Source: a virus. Taken from it: DNA of 64,000 bases. The number at the start of each line of letters is the position of its first letter. Position 1 is the first letter of the stretch. The notes beneath the pieces were generated by a model that worked only from the letters and a program-made list of their open reading frames with translations, had not been told where the DNA came from and searched no databases. This document shows positions 1 to 9,114 of this stretch, one piece after another. The position numbers and the translations under genes were made by a program. The stretch covers positions 1 to 64,000 of the IMG/VR virus record IMGVR_UViG_3300040801_001133. The stretch is one strand, 5' to 3'.

Positions 1-2
1 AA

Positions 3-278
3 GATAAATCTTCTGACTTCTTAGATGTAGAAATTGATAAACTAATTGAATCTGGAAAATCTTCAGAAATTCTTCATTATCTTTCAAGAGATACTTCATT
101 AGTTAGTACTGAAGCTTTAGTTAAAGAGGCACTTCAAAAGAGTGTTCTTAAAAAGAGCGGACACAAAATTTTATATCATGATTCAGTTTTAGGTTCTGAA
201 ATTGAGGATGTAGCACAATATTTTATGCTGCCCGAAAATCAAGATTTAAAAATCAGAATTATGGAATCTATAAAGTAG
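3..278 (+). CDS. 3' end of an unknown virion-module gene, truncated by the window edge
   Basis: Open frame from nt 3 to TAG at 276-278 (...HKILYHDSVLGSEIEDVAQYF...IMESIK*). It ends 4 nt before the next ATG. No recognisable motif. Confidence 0.45.
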   Translation, partial: DKSSDFLDVEIDKLIESGKSSEILHYLSRDTSLVSTEALVKEALQKSVLKKSGHKILYHDSVLGSEIEDVAQYFMLPENQDLKIRIMESIK

Positions 279-282
279 AATT

Positions 283-984
283 ATGACTATAAGAGATATG
301 GAGTACGACTTTAAACTAAAAATGAATAAAGTCGATAGTAATCAAAATGCCAGTTTTTCTATACCAGAAATAGACTGGATTTTGAATGAGGCTCAAGAAC
401 TTATAGTAAAAAGAATAGCAAAACCCAGAAGATATAATGGATTAGGTTTTGAGGTTACACAAAGAAGTACAGATGATATTAAATCTATAGTTATAAATAA
501 TTATAGTTTAAATATTAAAAATAGTATCATAACTTTACCTCATGATTACTGGTTCTTTATATCAGGTTATGTACAGGCAAGTAAAAAATCTTGTCAGAAT
601 AAAAAATTAAGATTAATCATACGTCAGCATGATGATATGTTTAATGAGAGTTCTTTTAATAAATCTTCTTTTGAATGGAGAGAAATTAATGGAACATTTT
701 CTAAAGATGGAATAAATCTCCATTTAGAAGATTTTGAAGTTAACAGGGCTTATGTGACTTATATTAAAAAACTATCTTACATTCACAATGCCCAAGACTT
801 TAGAGGGGGGTCTTATAGACTGCCTTCCGGTGAATTACTTACAGGTTCACAAGATTGTGAACTACCAGAGGGTATTCACAGAGAAATTGTAGACTTAGCT
901 GTTTTAATTGCATCAGGGCAAATTCAATCTCCTGGATTTCAATTTCATCAAGCTAAGGCGAATTTAAATGATTTAATAAATTAA
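283..984 (+). CDS. hypothetical virion-module protein
   Basis: 233-aa ORF with ATG at 283, tightly packed immediately upstream of the capsid-like gene. No motif recognised. Confidence 0.6.
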   Translation: MTIRDMEYDFKLKMNKVDSNQNASFSIPEIDWILNEAQELIVKRIAKPRRYNGLGFEVTQRSTDDIKSIVINNYSLNIKNSIITLPHDYWFFISGYVQASKKSCQNKKLRLIIRQHDDMFNESSFNKSSFEWREINGTFSKDGINLHLEDFEVNRAYVTYIKKLSYIHNAQDFRGGSYRLPSGELLTGSQDCELPEGIHREIVDLAVLIASGQIQSPGFQFHQAKANLNDLIN

Positions 985-990
985 GATATT

Positions 991-2229
991 ATGGATAGAA
1001 GTAATGCAGTATTTCAAGTATTAGTAGTAGACCCTTCTAAAGCTCCTATAGGGGCGGGAAGTGCGGTAGAAGACCTCACTGAAGGTCAAATTGGTATTTT
1101 TGATGCCAGCACTAATTTAGCTATTGATGGCACAGAACAAGTAAGAAATTTCTACATGGCTGTAGGAATAGATTCAGATGGAGATGGACAAGTAGATACC
1201 ATTGATAAATCTTGTGGTCAGCTTATTCAGGCCAGAAATATCACTGGCTATACTTTTAGACCCCACACAGCAGCTCAACCTATGGTTGTTGAGTTCACTG
1301 GTTACAAACCTAAGTGTGGAGCTGATTACGGTATTAGGCTAGAGTTTAGAAATCAACAGGTATACGATCACCAAGGATTTAATCAATTTTCTAAAAGCTA
1401 TGTAATTCATACTGAAGAATGTGCAGATTGTGGTGATGAGTGTGAACCAGCTAATGTAAACTTACTTACTCAGAATCTAATTAGAGAAATTAATTACGAT
1501 AATGATGATATGGTTACTGCTGTCGCAATTGCAACGGAAGCCTTAGTAGCAGCTACACAAGGTACCTCTCAAGATTATGCCGAGGGTGATGAAATTAGTG
1601 AAGATGATTTACAAGTTCTAGTGGACTTTAACGAAGCTCAGGAAGATGAAACAACTAAAGTATCTACTGGGATTAGACTAACAACTAAACCCATTGCTAC
1701 TAGAAGATTTGTTGATATTAACACACGTTATCAGAAACCCAGAGGAACTATTATTATCCCTTCTATGATTGCTGGTTTTGGTACCCAGGGTTCTTTTGAG
1801 ACCACTCAAGAAGCAGCTTTTGAAGAGGGTAATGGTTATGATCTAAGATACAGAGAATATTGTGCTGCTGGATACAATGGAAGAGGAGGAGAAGGCGTAT
1901 ATCGCACCTATGCCAATACTGGACTAGCCAGAGAAATTGATTATAGAGTTGACCAAAAGGCTAAGTATGATGTAATTAGTCTTTCATATAATCAACACTC
2001 AAGATCAGCTTGGTTAGAGTACAGTAATGCCCTAAGAACAGAGATTGGAATACCTACTTTTCAAGGAGTTTCAACTGCTGCAAAAGATGGTATCCTTCTG
2101 GTCCTGGACAGAATAGTAGATCAGGTAGGATTAGATTCTTTATCTGATGATGCAGCTAGTGCTAGTGACAACCCCGAATTAGTAGAAAAGACTGAGGATA
2201 AAACCGCAGACACTGACGGCATAGCATAA
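991..2229 (+). CDS. putative major capsid protein (assigned by position and size only)
   Basis: 412-aa ORF at the head of the structural block and visibly less AT-rich than its neighbours. Contains a DxDxDG loop (GIDSDGDGQVDTID) and an acidic Cys cluster (EECADCGDECEP). The fold was not verifiable by eye. Confidence 0.4.
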   Translation: MDRSNAVFQVLVVDPSKAPIGAGSAVEDLTEGQIGIFDASTNLAIDGTEQVRNFYMAVGIDSDGDGQVDTIDKSCGQLIQARNITGYTFRPHTAAQPMVVEFTGYKPKCGADYGIRLEFRNQQVYDHQGFNQFSKSYVIHTEECADCGDECEPANVNLLTQNLIREINYDNDDMVTAVAIATEALVAATQGTSQDYAEGDEISEDDLQVLVDFNEAQEDETTKVSTGIRLTTKPIATRRFVDINTRYQKPRGTIIIPSMIAGFGTQGSFETTQEAAFEEGNGYDLRYREYCAAGYNGRGGEGVYRTYANTGLAREIDYRVDQKAKYDVISLSYNQHSRSAWLEYSNALRTEIGIPTFQGVSTAAKDGILLVLDRIVDQVGLDSLSDDAASASDNPELVEKTEDKTADTDGIA

Positions 2230-2792
2230 TGAGTTATATAAATAGTTTATCACAATCCGGGAGTTCATACTCCCGGATTAACAATCTCTCCATAACTGAC
2301 ACTAGTTTATACTTTGAACTAAGGTCAGTTAATTCTGAGGCTATAAGTTCAGTATTTTTAAACACTGCAAGTAGAATAGCAGCAGGAGAAGATAGTATTG
2401 ATATAACTAACTATGTTAATTTAATTGGAGATAATCAAATAGCTACTGTGAGTATTTGCACTTTTCTTGGAGGATGTGCAAATACTCTTTTTTTCAATTG
2501 TTCTGATCTAACTAAGGAACTTTTATTTTTAGAAGTATATCTGGATAATAGCTATGAAGAATGTGGAGAATGTAGTTCAGACAGTTTTATAATTGTAGAT
2601 ATTTCATCTGAATATAACTTATTAACTAAAAGTGTAATATCTTATAACAAGAAAAAGAAATGTTTTGAATTAAGTGATTGCCTAAAGAATAAGGTAACTG
2701 CATTGCTTCTACTAGAAGAGCAACTTAAGTCAGCCTTTCATTTTGAGGCTATTGAAGTGTACAATCATTATAAATCTCTTTGTTGTGATTAA
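2229..2792 (+). CDS. hypothetical Cys-containing virion-module protein
   Basis: 187-aa ORF with a TAATG start overlap with the upstream gene. Contains an EECGEC motif. Confidence 0.55.
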   Translation: MSYINSLSQSGSSYSRINNLSITDTSLYFELRSVNSEAISSVFLNTASRIAAGEDSIDITNYVNLIGDNQIATVSICTFLGGCANTLFFNCSDLTKELLFLEVYLDNSYEECGECSSDSFIIVDISSEYNLLTKSVISYNKKKKCFELSDCLKNKVTALLLLEEQLKSAFHFEAIEVYNHYKSLCCD

Positions 2793-2976
2793 AGAAGATA
2801 AATCTAACTTTAAAAAATTCTCTTTAAACAAAGAGTATAAAATATTTTTTGGTGAAGAGTCATTTCAACTCTACGAAAAAATGATTTTGGAATGGTTAAA
2901 TAATAAGACCACAAATAAAAAAGATAAAATTAAGTTACAGAGCTTTAAAAAATCTCTTGACTATAAAAAATTGTAA
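2785..2976 (+). CDS. small Lys-rich hypothetical protein (start uncertain)
   Basis: The track ORF 2743-2976 begins at TTG inside the upstream gene. An in-frame GTG at 2785 overlaps the upstream stop (2790-2792). The ORF ends 1 nt before the ATG of the next gene. Confidence 0.3.
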   Translation: MIKEDKSNFKKFSLNKEYKIFFGEESFQLYEKMILEWLNNKTTNKKDKIKLQSFKKSLDYKKL

Positions 2977-2977
2977 T

Positions 2978-4285
2978 ATGTATAGATGGATTCAATGTAA
3001 ATTAAAAGAGCTAGAGTGTAAGCTAAATAAGCTCATTTCTTCTCAATCTATATCTTCTACAGTAGCCATAGAGGATGAAGGAAATCAAGTTGCAGATAAT
3101 GTAGAAAGAATTAATTTTGTTGGTCCAGGAGTTACAGTTACTGGGGGTAATGATAGAACTACAGTTACTATTTTAGAAGGAGTAGGAACAGGAACTAGTA
3201 ATATAGATTTAGATATAGACAGAGAATTATTAAGTTTTTTTATTACAGATGCTAATGGGAATGTACTTACACAAGTTCCGTCAGCTACTCCAAACGGATT
3301 AGCTGGAGCTTTTAGTTCTCCTGATAAATTTAAATTAGATGGTATTGAAAATAATGCCACGGCGGATCAGACTGGAATTGAAATAGTTCAACTTATTAAT
3401 AGTCAATTAGGTTCTACTATCTGGCAACAGGGTGGTTCTAGTAGTAGCGGAGGAAACTCTTTACCCGCACTAGGTTCCCAAAGTATAGAAGTATCTGGAC
3501 AAAATATTATTTCTGCTATTATCTCTACTGACTCAGGTAATACTTTAGAATCAAGAGTTACGGGTCTATATGTACCTCAAGGAACCTCTGGAAGTTCCTC
3601 CGATTTAGGTACTTTATCTGGCCCCTCTTCAGTTGAAATTACTAATACAGGAGGTTCAAATGCTACTGTAAATGCTGTGACAACCACTTCATCTGGTGTA
3701 GCGACTCCTCAAGATAAAATTGATATTACTGACAATACTAACGCTAGACACAATGCTGCTACGGGGTCGGGGGCGATTAGTATTACTAGTTCACAAGTGG
3801 TTAGCTTGTCTATCTCTCCAGACACAGATAACACCCTTCAGGAAAGAACCAATGGACTTTATGTACCCCCTGGTTCAGGGGGTGGAGGCTCTTCATTAGT
3901 AAGAATTACTGATTCAGGAAACTTGGGTTTGTTTTCTTATTCGGTAAGACGATATGGCAATAGTGCTATTTCTGTGACAAACCCTTCTAGTGGGGAATAT
4001 TTATTTGTAGTACCAGCTAATAGTGAAACTATTTGGTATAATCTTAAAGGAGATAGCAGCACAGTTAACGGAGTAGGAGAAATAATAATTAAAGTAGATA
4101 ACTCTGCCAATGGATTTGACTATGAATTTATAGTGTCGCTAGATGATGAGGGAGCAGAACAATTTCCCAACATGTTTTCAAGAGGACATATAATTAGTGA
4201 AACTAATATCAACAACATAACAACTATAACCATACCAAACATAGGAGGTAACTATCCTAATGGCTTCACATTAAAACTAAGATAA
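2978..4285 (+). CDS. tail fibre protein (N-terminal coiled coil, Ser/Gly/Thr-rich shaft with internal duplication)
   Basis: The track start 2957 is TTG; the first ATG is at 2978 (MYRWIQCKLKELE...). Internal repeat: NTLESRVTGLYVPQG versus NTLQERTNGLYVPPG. The C-terminal segment ITIPNIGGNYPNGFTLKLR is shared with the next gene. Confidence 0.6.
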   Translation: MYRWIQCKLKELECKLNKLISSQSISSTVAIEDEGNQVADNVERINFVGPGVTVTGGNDRTTVTILEGVGTGTSNIDLDIDRELLSFFITDANGNVLTQVPSATPNGLAGAFSSPDKFKLDGIENNATADQTGIEIVQLINSQLGSTIWQQGGSSSSGGNSLPALGSQSIEVSGQNIISAIISTDSGNTLESRVTGLYVPQGTSGSSSDLGTLSGPSSVEITNTGGSNATVNAVTTTSSGVATPQDKIDITDNTNARHNAATGSGAISITSSQVVSLSISPDTDNTLQERTNGLYVPPGSGGGGSSLVRITDSGNLGLFSYSVRRYGNSAISVTNPSSGEYLFVVPANSETIWYNLKGDSSTVNGVGEIIIKVDNSANGFDYEFIVSLDDEGAEQFPNMFSRGHIISETNINNITTITIPNIGGNYPNGFTLKLR

Positions 4286-4286
4286 A

Positions 4287-5735
4287 ATGGCTTTACTAAC
4301 AAACTTTACCGCAGCCATCAGTTTTGCTGATGTAGTTAACAACGGGGGAGGCTCATATAATTCTACTTTAAACTTTAGAGTAGATCAACTATCAGAAGGA
4401 TATGATCCAAATGATGTCCAAGTAGGAGATCGTATTGTTACTTCTGATAAACTTCACTTTGAAGTTACAGCTATCAACTCAACTAACTTTTCTAATGCTT
4501 CTGTAGTTTTACAGGGTTTGGGAACTACTAACGCTCCATCTGGGGCTGGTATGATTTATCATTACGATGGAGTTATTGATCTGGTATCTTTACCCCCTCT
4601 TAATTCCTCGGGTATTTCATCTGCTGTTCAGGCTAATATCTTAATTCACAACTTTGAATTACTAAAAGATATTGAACCCGGGAATCCAGTGACAGCTTTT
4701 AGTGTTAACTCTTCTTCCGTTCCAGGAGGAAGAACAGTAAGTCATGAATTTACTATTACACTCCTTGGAGGAGAGACTTTTCAACAAACTATAGAAGTCA
4801 ACAGAGATATTGATTTTTATTTAAACAGTTTAGTTGACACTGTTACTGATCCTACTATTTCTTTGTTAACTAACTTTAGTACTATTGATAGTAACGGTAT
4901 TTCTAGTGGTGATGATAAATTAAAATTTGAAGGGGCTGGTGGAATTACCATTACCGGTAAACAATTAAATACGGAAGATGATATTACTCTCATTATTGAT
5001 GGTTCTGGTATTTCTACAGGAGATAATACAGTAGTAACCGCTGGTGACATTACTGGGGATGGTAGTGCTGGTAATCCGGTTACTTATGTTAGACCTGCAC
5101 CTTCTTGGAATGAATTGACAGATATTCCTCCCGGGTTTGCTGACAATATTGATGATGAAGGAGCTTTTACTGATGATCAAAATCTTTCCTTAAGTGATGG
5201 AACTGGAGGAAGCATCAACATAGATATTGAAGATGGTACATCAGTAACTTTTACTCCTGGAACAGATATTGGATTCACTAGAATAGGAAATGCTGTAACT
5301 ATAGATTCTACAGCCACACCTGCATCTGGGGGTGCTGTCTTTACTGATATTCAAACTCATGATTCAGTAGAATATAGAAGTGTATTTATTCAACAATCAA
5401 ATGTCACTCAAGAAACTCCAACATTTACTGGAACATTCCCAACTAATCAACACACTCTTGACGCTAAAACCCATACTTTATTAAAAACTGAAATTACAGG
5501 GGATAGTAATACTACAAACAGCTTAGGGGAATATAAATTAACTATTGATAACTTAGATGCAGAAAATATGTTCTTTAATTATCAAATAATTGATAAAACT
5601 AGTAATCAAAAAATTGACGAACACGCTAGGGGTAATATTCTTACTCAACAAAGAATAGGTTCAGATCAGATTCTTATTACGATTCCTAATATCGGAGGAA
5701 ACTACCCTAATGGATTTATTTTAATACTAAGCTAA
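4287..5735 (+). CDS. tail fibre protein (shared N-terminal anchor module plus shared C-terminal module)
   Basis: The first ~120 aa (...FRVDQLSEGYD...LPPLNSSGISSAVQANILIHN) are paralogous to the N-termini of 5735-8569 and 9114-11351. The C-terminus ITIPNIGGNYPNGFILILS matches that of 2978-4285. Confidence 0.6.
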   Translation: MALLTNFTAAISFADVVNNGGGSYNSTLNFRVDQLSEGYDPNDVQVGDRIVTSDKLHFEVTAINSTNFSNASVVLQGLGTTNAPSGAGMIYHYDGVIDLVSLPPLNSSGISSAVQANILIHNFELLKDIEPGNPVTAFSVNSSSVPGGRTVSHEFTITLLGGETFQQTIEVNRDIDFYLNSLVDTVTDPTISLLTNFSTIDSNGISSGDDKLKFEGAGGITITGKQLNTEDDITLIIDGSGISTGDNTVVTAGDITGDGSAGNPVTYVRPAPSWNELTDIPPGFADNIDDEGAFTDDQNLSLSDGTGGSINIDIEDGTSVTFTPGTDIGFTRIGNAVTIDSTATPASGGAVFTDIQTHDSVEYRSVFIQQSNVTQETPTFTGTFPTNQHTLDAKTHTLLKTEITGDSNTTNSLGEYKLTIDNLDAENMFFNYQIIDKTSNQKIDEHARGNILTQQRIGSDQILITIPNIGGNYPNGFILILS

Positions 5736-8569
5736 TGATTAATACAAGATTTTATCTAGTAGGAGATTTTTCTAACATAACAGGAGATGATTCTTCCTAC
5801 AGCGGAACTTTTAGCACCAGAGTAGATCAATCCGGCATTGGGTACAGTATCTCGGATATTGAGATTGGTTTTAGGCTGTTTACCTTATCCAGACAAATTT
5901 ATGAGATAACCTCTATTAATTCTCAAACTTTTTCTACTATAGATATTGATTTTATTCCAGTAGAGGGAACTCTGGGGGTTCCTAGCGGGACTTCAATGGT
6001 ATATCAGTATGATGGCACCATAGAAACTCTTCCTGCTCCTCCAGTTAATTCTAGCGGAGTTTCTTCCGCAATGTCGTCGACTATATTAATTCATAACGCG
6101 GGAGTAATTGCCAACCAAAAAGTAGATTATGGCCGCATACGTTATGTGAACAAGTCTCAGGGAGACAATGATACTGCTGTTACAGGAGACCCAACTAAGC
6201 CTTGGGAAGATTTTAGAGCTGCCATAGAGTCTCCTGGGTTACAAGAAGGAGATATAATTCACACTTATAACTCTAACTACGACTTTCAAGACGACTTAGG
6301 AGGGAAGATATTAAACCCGCCTTCTGGATTACTCATGTCTTTTGATAATGTTTATATTAGTAGTGATTCTACTAGTCAGCATTTTCTTTTTGGTGTAGAG
6401 TTGTATTCAACTGAAAACATAGAATTTACTGGAGACACTTATACCCTATCTGTTCTGGGGAGTTTAAGATTAAAAGCTGTCGGTCTTGTTGGTATTTATG
6501 TTGATGACGAAAACTCTGTACTGTCTGATGGAAGAGTTATTCCTAATATTGACATGTCCGTTACTATAGAAGAGTTTGAACCTATAGACTCCTCTAATAT
6601 GTTGTGTGCAATTAATGGAGGAAGTGACAATACAATAAATTTAGATGGTAAAGTTTCACTAGTAAAAAAAGCGGAAGGAACTATTTTGTCTACTGGGTTT
6701 TTTGGTATCTCCAGAGACAGGCCAATGAAAAATAGATCAATTAGATTTTTAATTGATGAACTAGAATTGGCCCCTCTTAATATCCGACCCGGATTGTGGT
6801 TGCATAGTGATAGGCATCATTTAGAGGCAAATGATGTCCAATTTATTATTAATAAAGTTTATGCTCCTACGCCCTTAAACTATAGCGGAGATTTAGGAAG
6901 CAAAAGAGGACAACTATCGAGATTGATAACTTTGGAAAGAGGATGTAAAGTAACAAACTCTAATATACAACTCTATGTAGGGGAACTTATTATGAAGGCT
7001 AGAGGCTCTAGTCTTTCTTTTCAAGGAGACAAAGATTACTCTGACGTACTATATTCTTCCAATACTCTGGGAGATAACCCTAGAATGATTAGACTTTCTG
7101 GTGAGGTCCAAAATACTTTAATAGATATTGAGTTCAGAAGTGCAGTAGTTGAAGACGGATTGTTGCTGATAGATAGACTAACCGGAGACGGAGAGGTATT
7201 ACTGAGAGGTAATGTAGTTTCCAGACAACAAAGTGTAGTTAAATTAGCTCACTCAGGCGACAACAAAATCACCCTTTCTGGATTATTTGCAAGTGATACC
7301 GCGCCAGCAATTTCTTCTGATTTATTAGGAAATACAAATACTAAAAATATTAACTTGTATGGCTCTTACCTAACTAAATCCTCCGCTTTTCCCGCTTTAG
7401 CAGTTAACCGCCCCATAACTTTAACTAACTGCATTATTTCAAGACCCAATACAGATGGGATAAGGCCGGCAATAGAAACTAATGTATCGGGCTTAACTAT
7501 TAAATACGGAGACGTTCGTTATGATGGCGAAGGTGACATATTAGACCCCACTATTTCTGGAGAAGTTCTTCCTCAATTAGACAATTCTAGTGGAAACGGC
7601 ACAACGGCTGAAAATTCTGCTGAACTGTACAATTTTTCTTTTAATGACTCTAAAACTCTGGATAATGTCCCATCTTCACGCAAAGGTGATGTTCTTTTAT
7701 TAAAAGACAATTGTGAGGTTTATAAGTACATTGGTACAGAAAACAATTGGGAATTAGTAGGAACCGTTTTTCCTACTTATTCAGTAATTGATATAACAGG
7801 AGCTGAGGAAAGTTACGATTCCCCTAGTGGAGACGGACAATTACAGGTAAGAAGAAAAAGGTATACTTTCGATCTAAAAGTGTCTGGTAATTATTTACCA
7901 AAAAGTTATGAAATAGTTGATTCTTCAATAGTAGATACTATTGAGAACACTTCTGAGACTCCAGTGCTTTTTGATTCTAATGGACAAAAGACTGAGGACT
8001 ATAGTTTTGATAATCAAATTGTGTTAACTGGAGAGTCAGTTGAGATTTCAAGTTTTCAAGACACCGTTCTAAGACTTACTTATTGTAATGGACAATCTGT
8101 TCTTTTAACTATCAGGGCCGATAAAACCAGCAATCCTACTACATACTCATCTTCGGTAGAATATGAATTAGAAAACTCTGTTGTTGGCCCTCAAGGAGAA
8201 AAAGGGGAAAAGGGGGACTCAGGTGCGGACATAAGCAGTTTTGAGTCTACTGGTCCCAGTTTCATCATAACAGACGGAAACGCTTCTACATTTACCGCAA
8301 GAGGAATGGTAAGGGCTGTAGGAAAAGTAGACATTCCTAGTAATACTTCCTCGGGTGTGCTACAAGTCAATTATACAGGGGTAGACAATAATGAAGTTCC
8401 CTATACTGTAGTTACACTTACCTCAAGAAATCAGGGAGTTCAATTGCCAGCGGGGGCTTCGATTTATGTTGAACAAGACATTGACGGAGCTTTTGAAGTA
8501 AGATACTATGGTTTAGATACAAATGCAGATTATTCATTTAACTATATTGTAACAGTAGCAAACACTTGA
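5735..8569 (+). CDS. tailspike-like protein (shared N-terminal anchor, probable right-handed beta-helix, short collagen-like motif)
   Basis: N-terminal module FYLVGDFSN...RVDQSGIGYS...PPVNSSGVSSAMSSTILIHN. The segment GDPTKPWEDFRAAIESPGLQEGDIIH resembles the entry of pectate-lyase-fold domains. GPQGEKGEKGDSG lies at nt 8186-8224. Stop is TGA at 8567-8569. Confidence 0.55.
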   Translation: MINTRFYLVGDFSNITGDDSSYSGTFSTRVDQSGIGYSISDIEIGFRLFTLSRQIYEITSINSQTFSTIDIDFIPVEGTLGVPSGTSMVYQYDGTIETLPAPPVNSSGVSSAMSSTILIHNAGVIANQKVDYGRIRYVNKSQGDNDTAVTGDPTKPWEDFRAAIESPGLQEGDIIHTYNSNYDFQDDLGGKILNPPSGLLMSFDNVYISSDSTSQHFLFGVELYSTENIEFTGDTYTLSVLGSLRLKAVGLVGIYVDDENSVLSDGRVIPNIDMSVTIEEFEPIDSSNMLCAINGGSDNTINLDGKVSLVKKAEGTILSTGFFGISRDRPMKNRSIRFLIDELELAPLNIRPGLWLHSDRHHLEANDVQFIINKVYAPTPLNYSGDLGSKRGQLSRLITLERGCKVTNSNIQLYVGELIMKARGSSLSFQGDKDYSDVLYSSNTLGDNPRMIRLSGEVQNTLIDIEFRSAVVEDGLLLIDRLTGDGEVLLRGNVVSRQQSVVKLAHSGDNKITLSGLFASDTAPAISSDLLGNTNTKNINLYGSYLTKSSAFPALAVNRPITLTNCIISRPNTDGIRPAIETNVSGLTIKYGDVRYDGEGDILDPTISGEVLPQLDNSSGNGTTAENSAELYNFSFNDSKTLDNVPSSRKGDVLLLKDNCEVYKYIGTENNWELVGTVFPTYSVIDITGAEESYDSPSGDGQLQVRRKRYTFDLKVSGNYLPKSYEIVDSSIVDTIENTSETPVLFDSNGQKTEDYSFDNQIVLTGESVEISSFQDTVLRLTYCNGQSVLLTIRADKTSNPTTYSSSVEYELENSVVGPQGEKGEKGDSGADISSFESTGPSFIITDGNASTFTARGMVRAVGKVDIPSNTSSGVLQVNYTGVDNNEVPYTVVTLTSRNQGVQLPAGASIYVEQDIDGAFEVRYYGLDTNADYSFNYIVTVANT

Positions 8570-8571
8570 CA

Positions 8572-9114
8572 ATGAAATACTTACTAACGTTTCTAATTTT
8601 TTCCCTGGGATTTAGCCTTTCTGCGCAGGAAAGTGTAGTCACTGTTAAACAACATGCGTATGCTTTGCCTATATACTATGTACCTGATTATGACTTTAAC
8701 AGATCGTATAGCTTTGGGTACGAAATAACCTATAATATATTTCCTATTCTCAATTCTTTGCAGAAGCAAGAAGGAGAATTTCATTTGGGTATAGGAGGAA
8801 ACTACACTAATATTATAAACCAAGTAGACAGAGTTGAAGAAGATGTTAGATTGTACTTAGTGGGGATAGCCTATTTTGGTTCTAACTTGCAGTGGCAAAT
8901 GGGAATGAGGGCTTATTACTTAAATGATTTTGAGCTAGATGTAAATTGGAATGGTCTTCCTAACAATTTTGAGGCTTTTATTTCTAGAGATTTTAGAATA
9001 AAAGATGAAACTTACCTCAGAATTTTAATCGGTGCAGGAAACTCTTTTACAGATACTAATATAGTTGCCTTTACGGGTTCTATTGGGATAGTATCAGCTA
9101 TAAAGTCTAAATAA
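8572..9114 (+). CDS. secreted small outer-membrane beta-barrel-like protein
   Basis: The ATG at 8572 gives MKYLLTFLIFSLGFSLSA|QES, a type I signal peptide with no lipobox Cys. The mature part is Gly/Tyr-rich with alternating strand-like segments (LGIGGNYTN, YLVGIAYFG, RILIGAGNSF, FTGSIGIV), and its size is typical of 8-stranded OMPs. Confidence 0.5.
   Translation: MKYLLTFLIFSLGFSLSAQESVVTVKQHAYALPIYYVPDYDFNRSYSFGYEITYNIFPILNSLQKQEGEFHLGIGGNYTNIINQVDRVEEDVRLYLVGIAYFGSNLQWQMGMRAYYLNDFELDVNWNGLPNNFEAFISRDFRIKDETYLRILIGAGNSFTDTNIVAFTGSIGIVSAIKSK

Noticed and set aside
4231-5735. A diversity-generating retroelement (VR/TR pair) behind the conserved tail-fibre C-termini
   Set aside because: The two DNA segments (4231-4285 and 5681-5735) differ by all substitution types rather than adenine-specific changes. 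Both are coding gene ends, and no reverse transcriptase ORF is present in the window.
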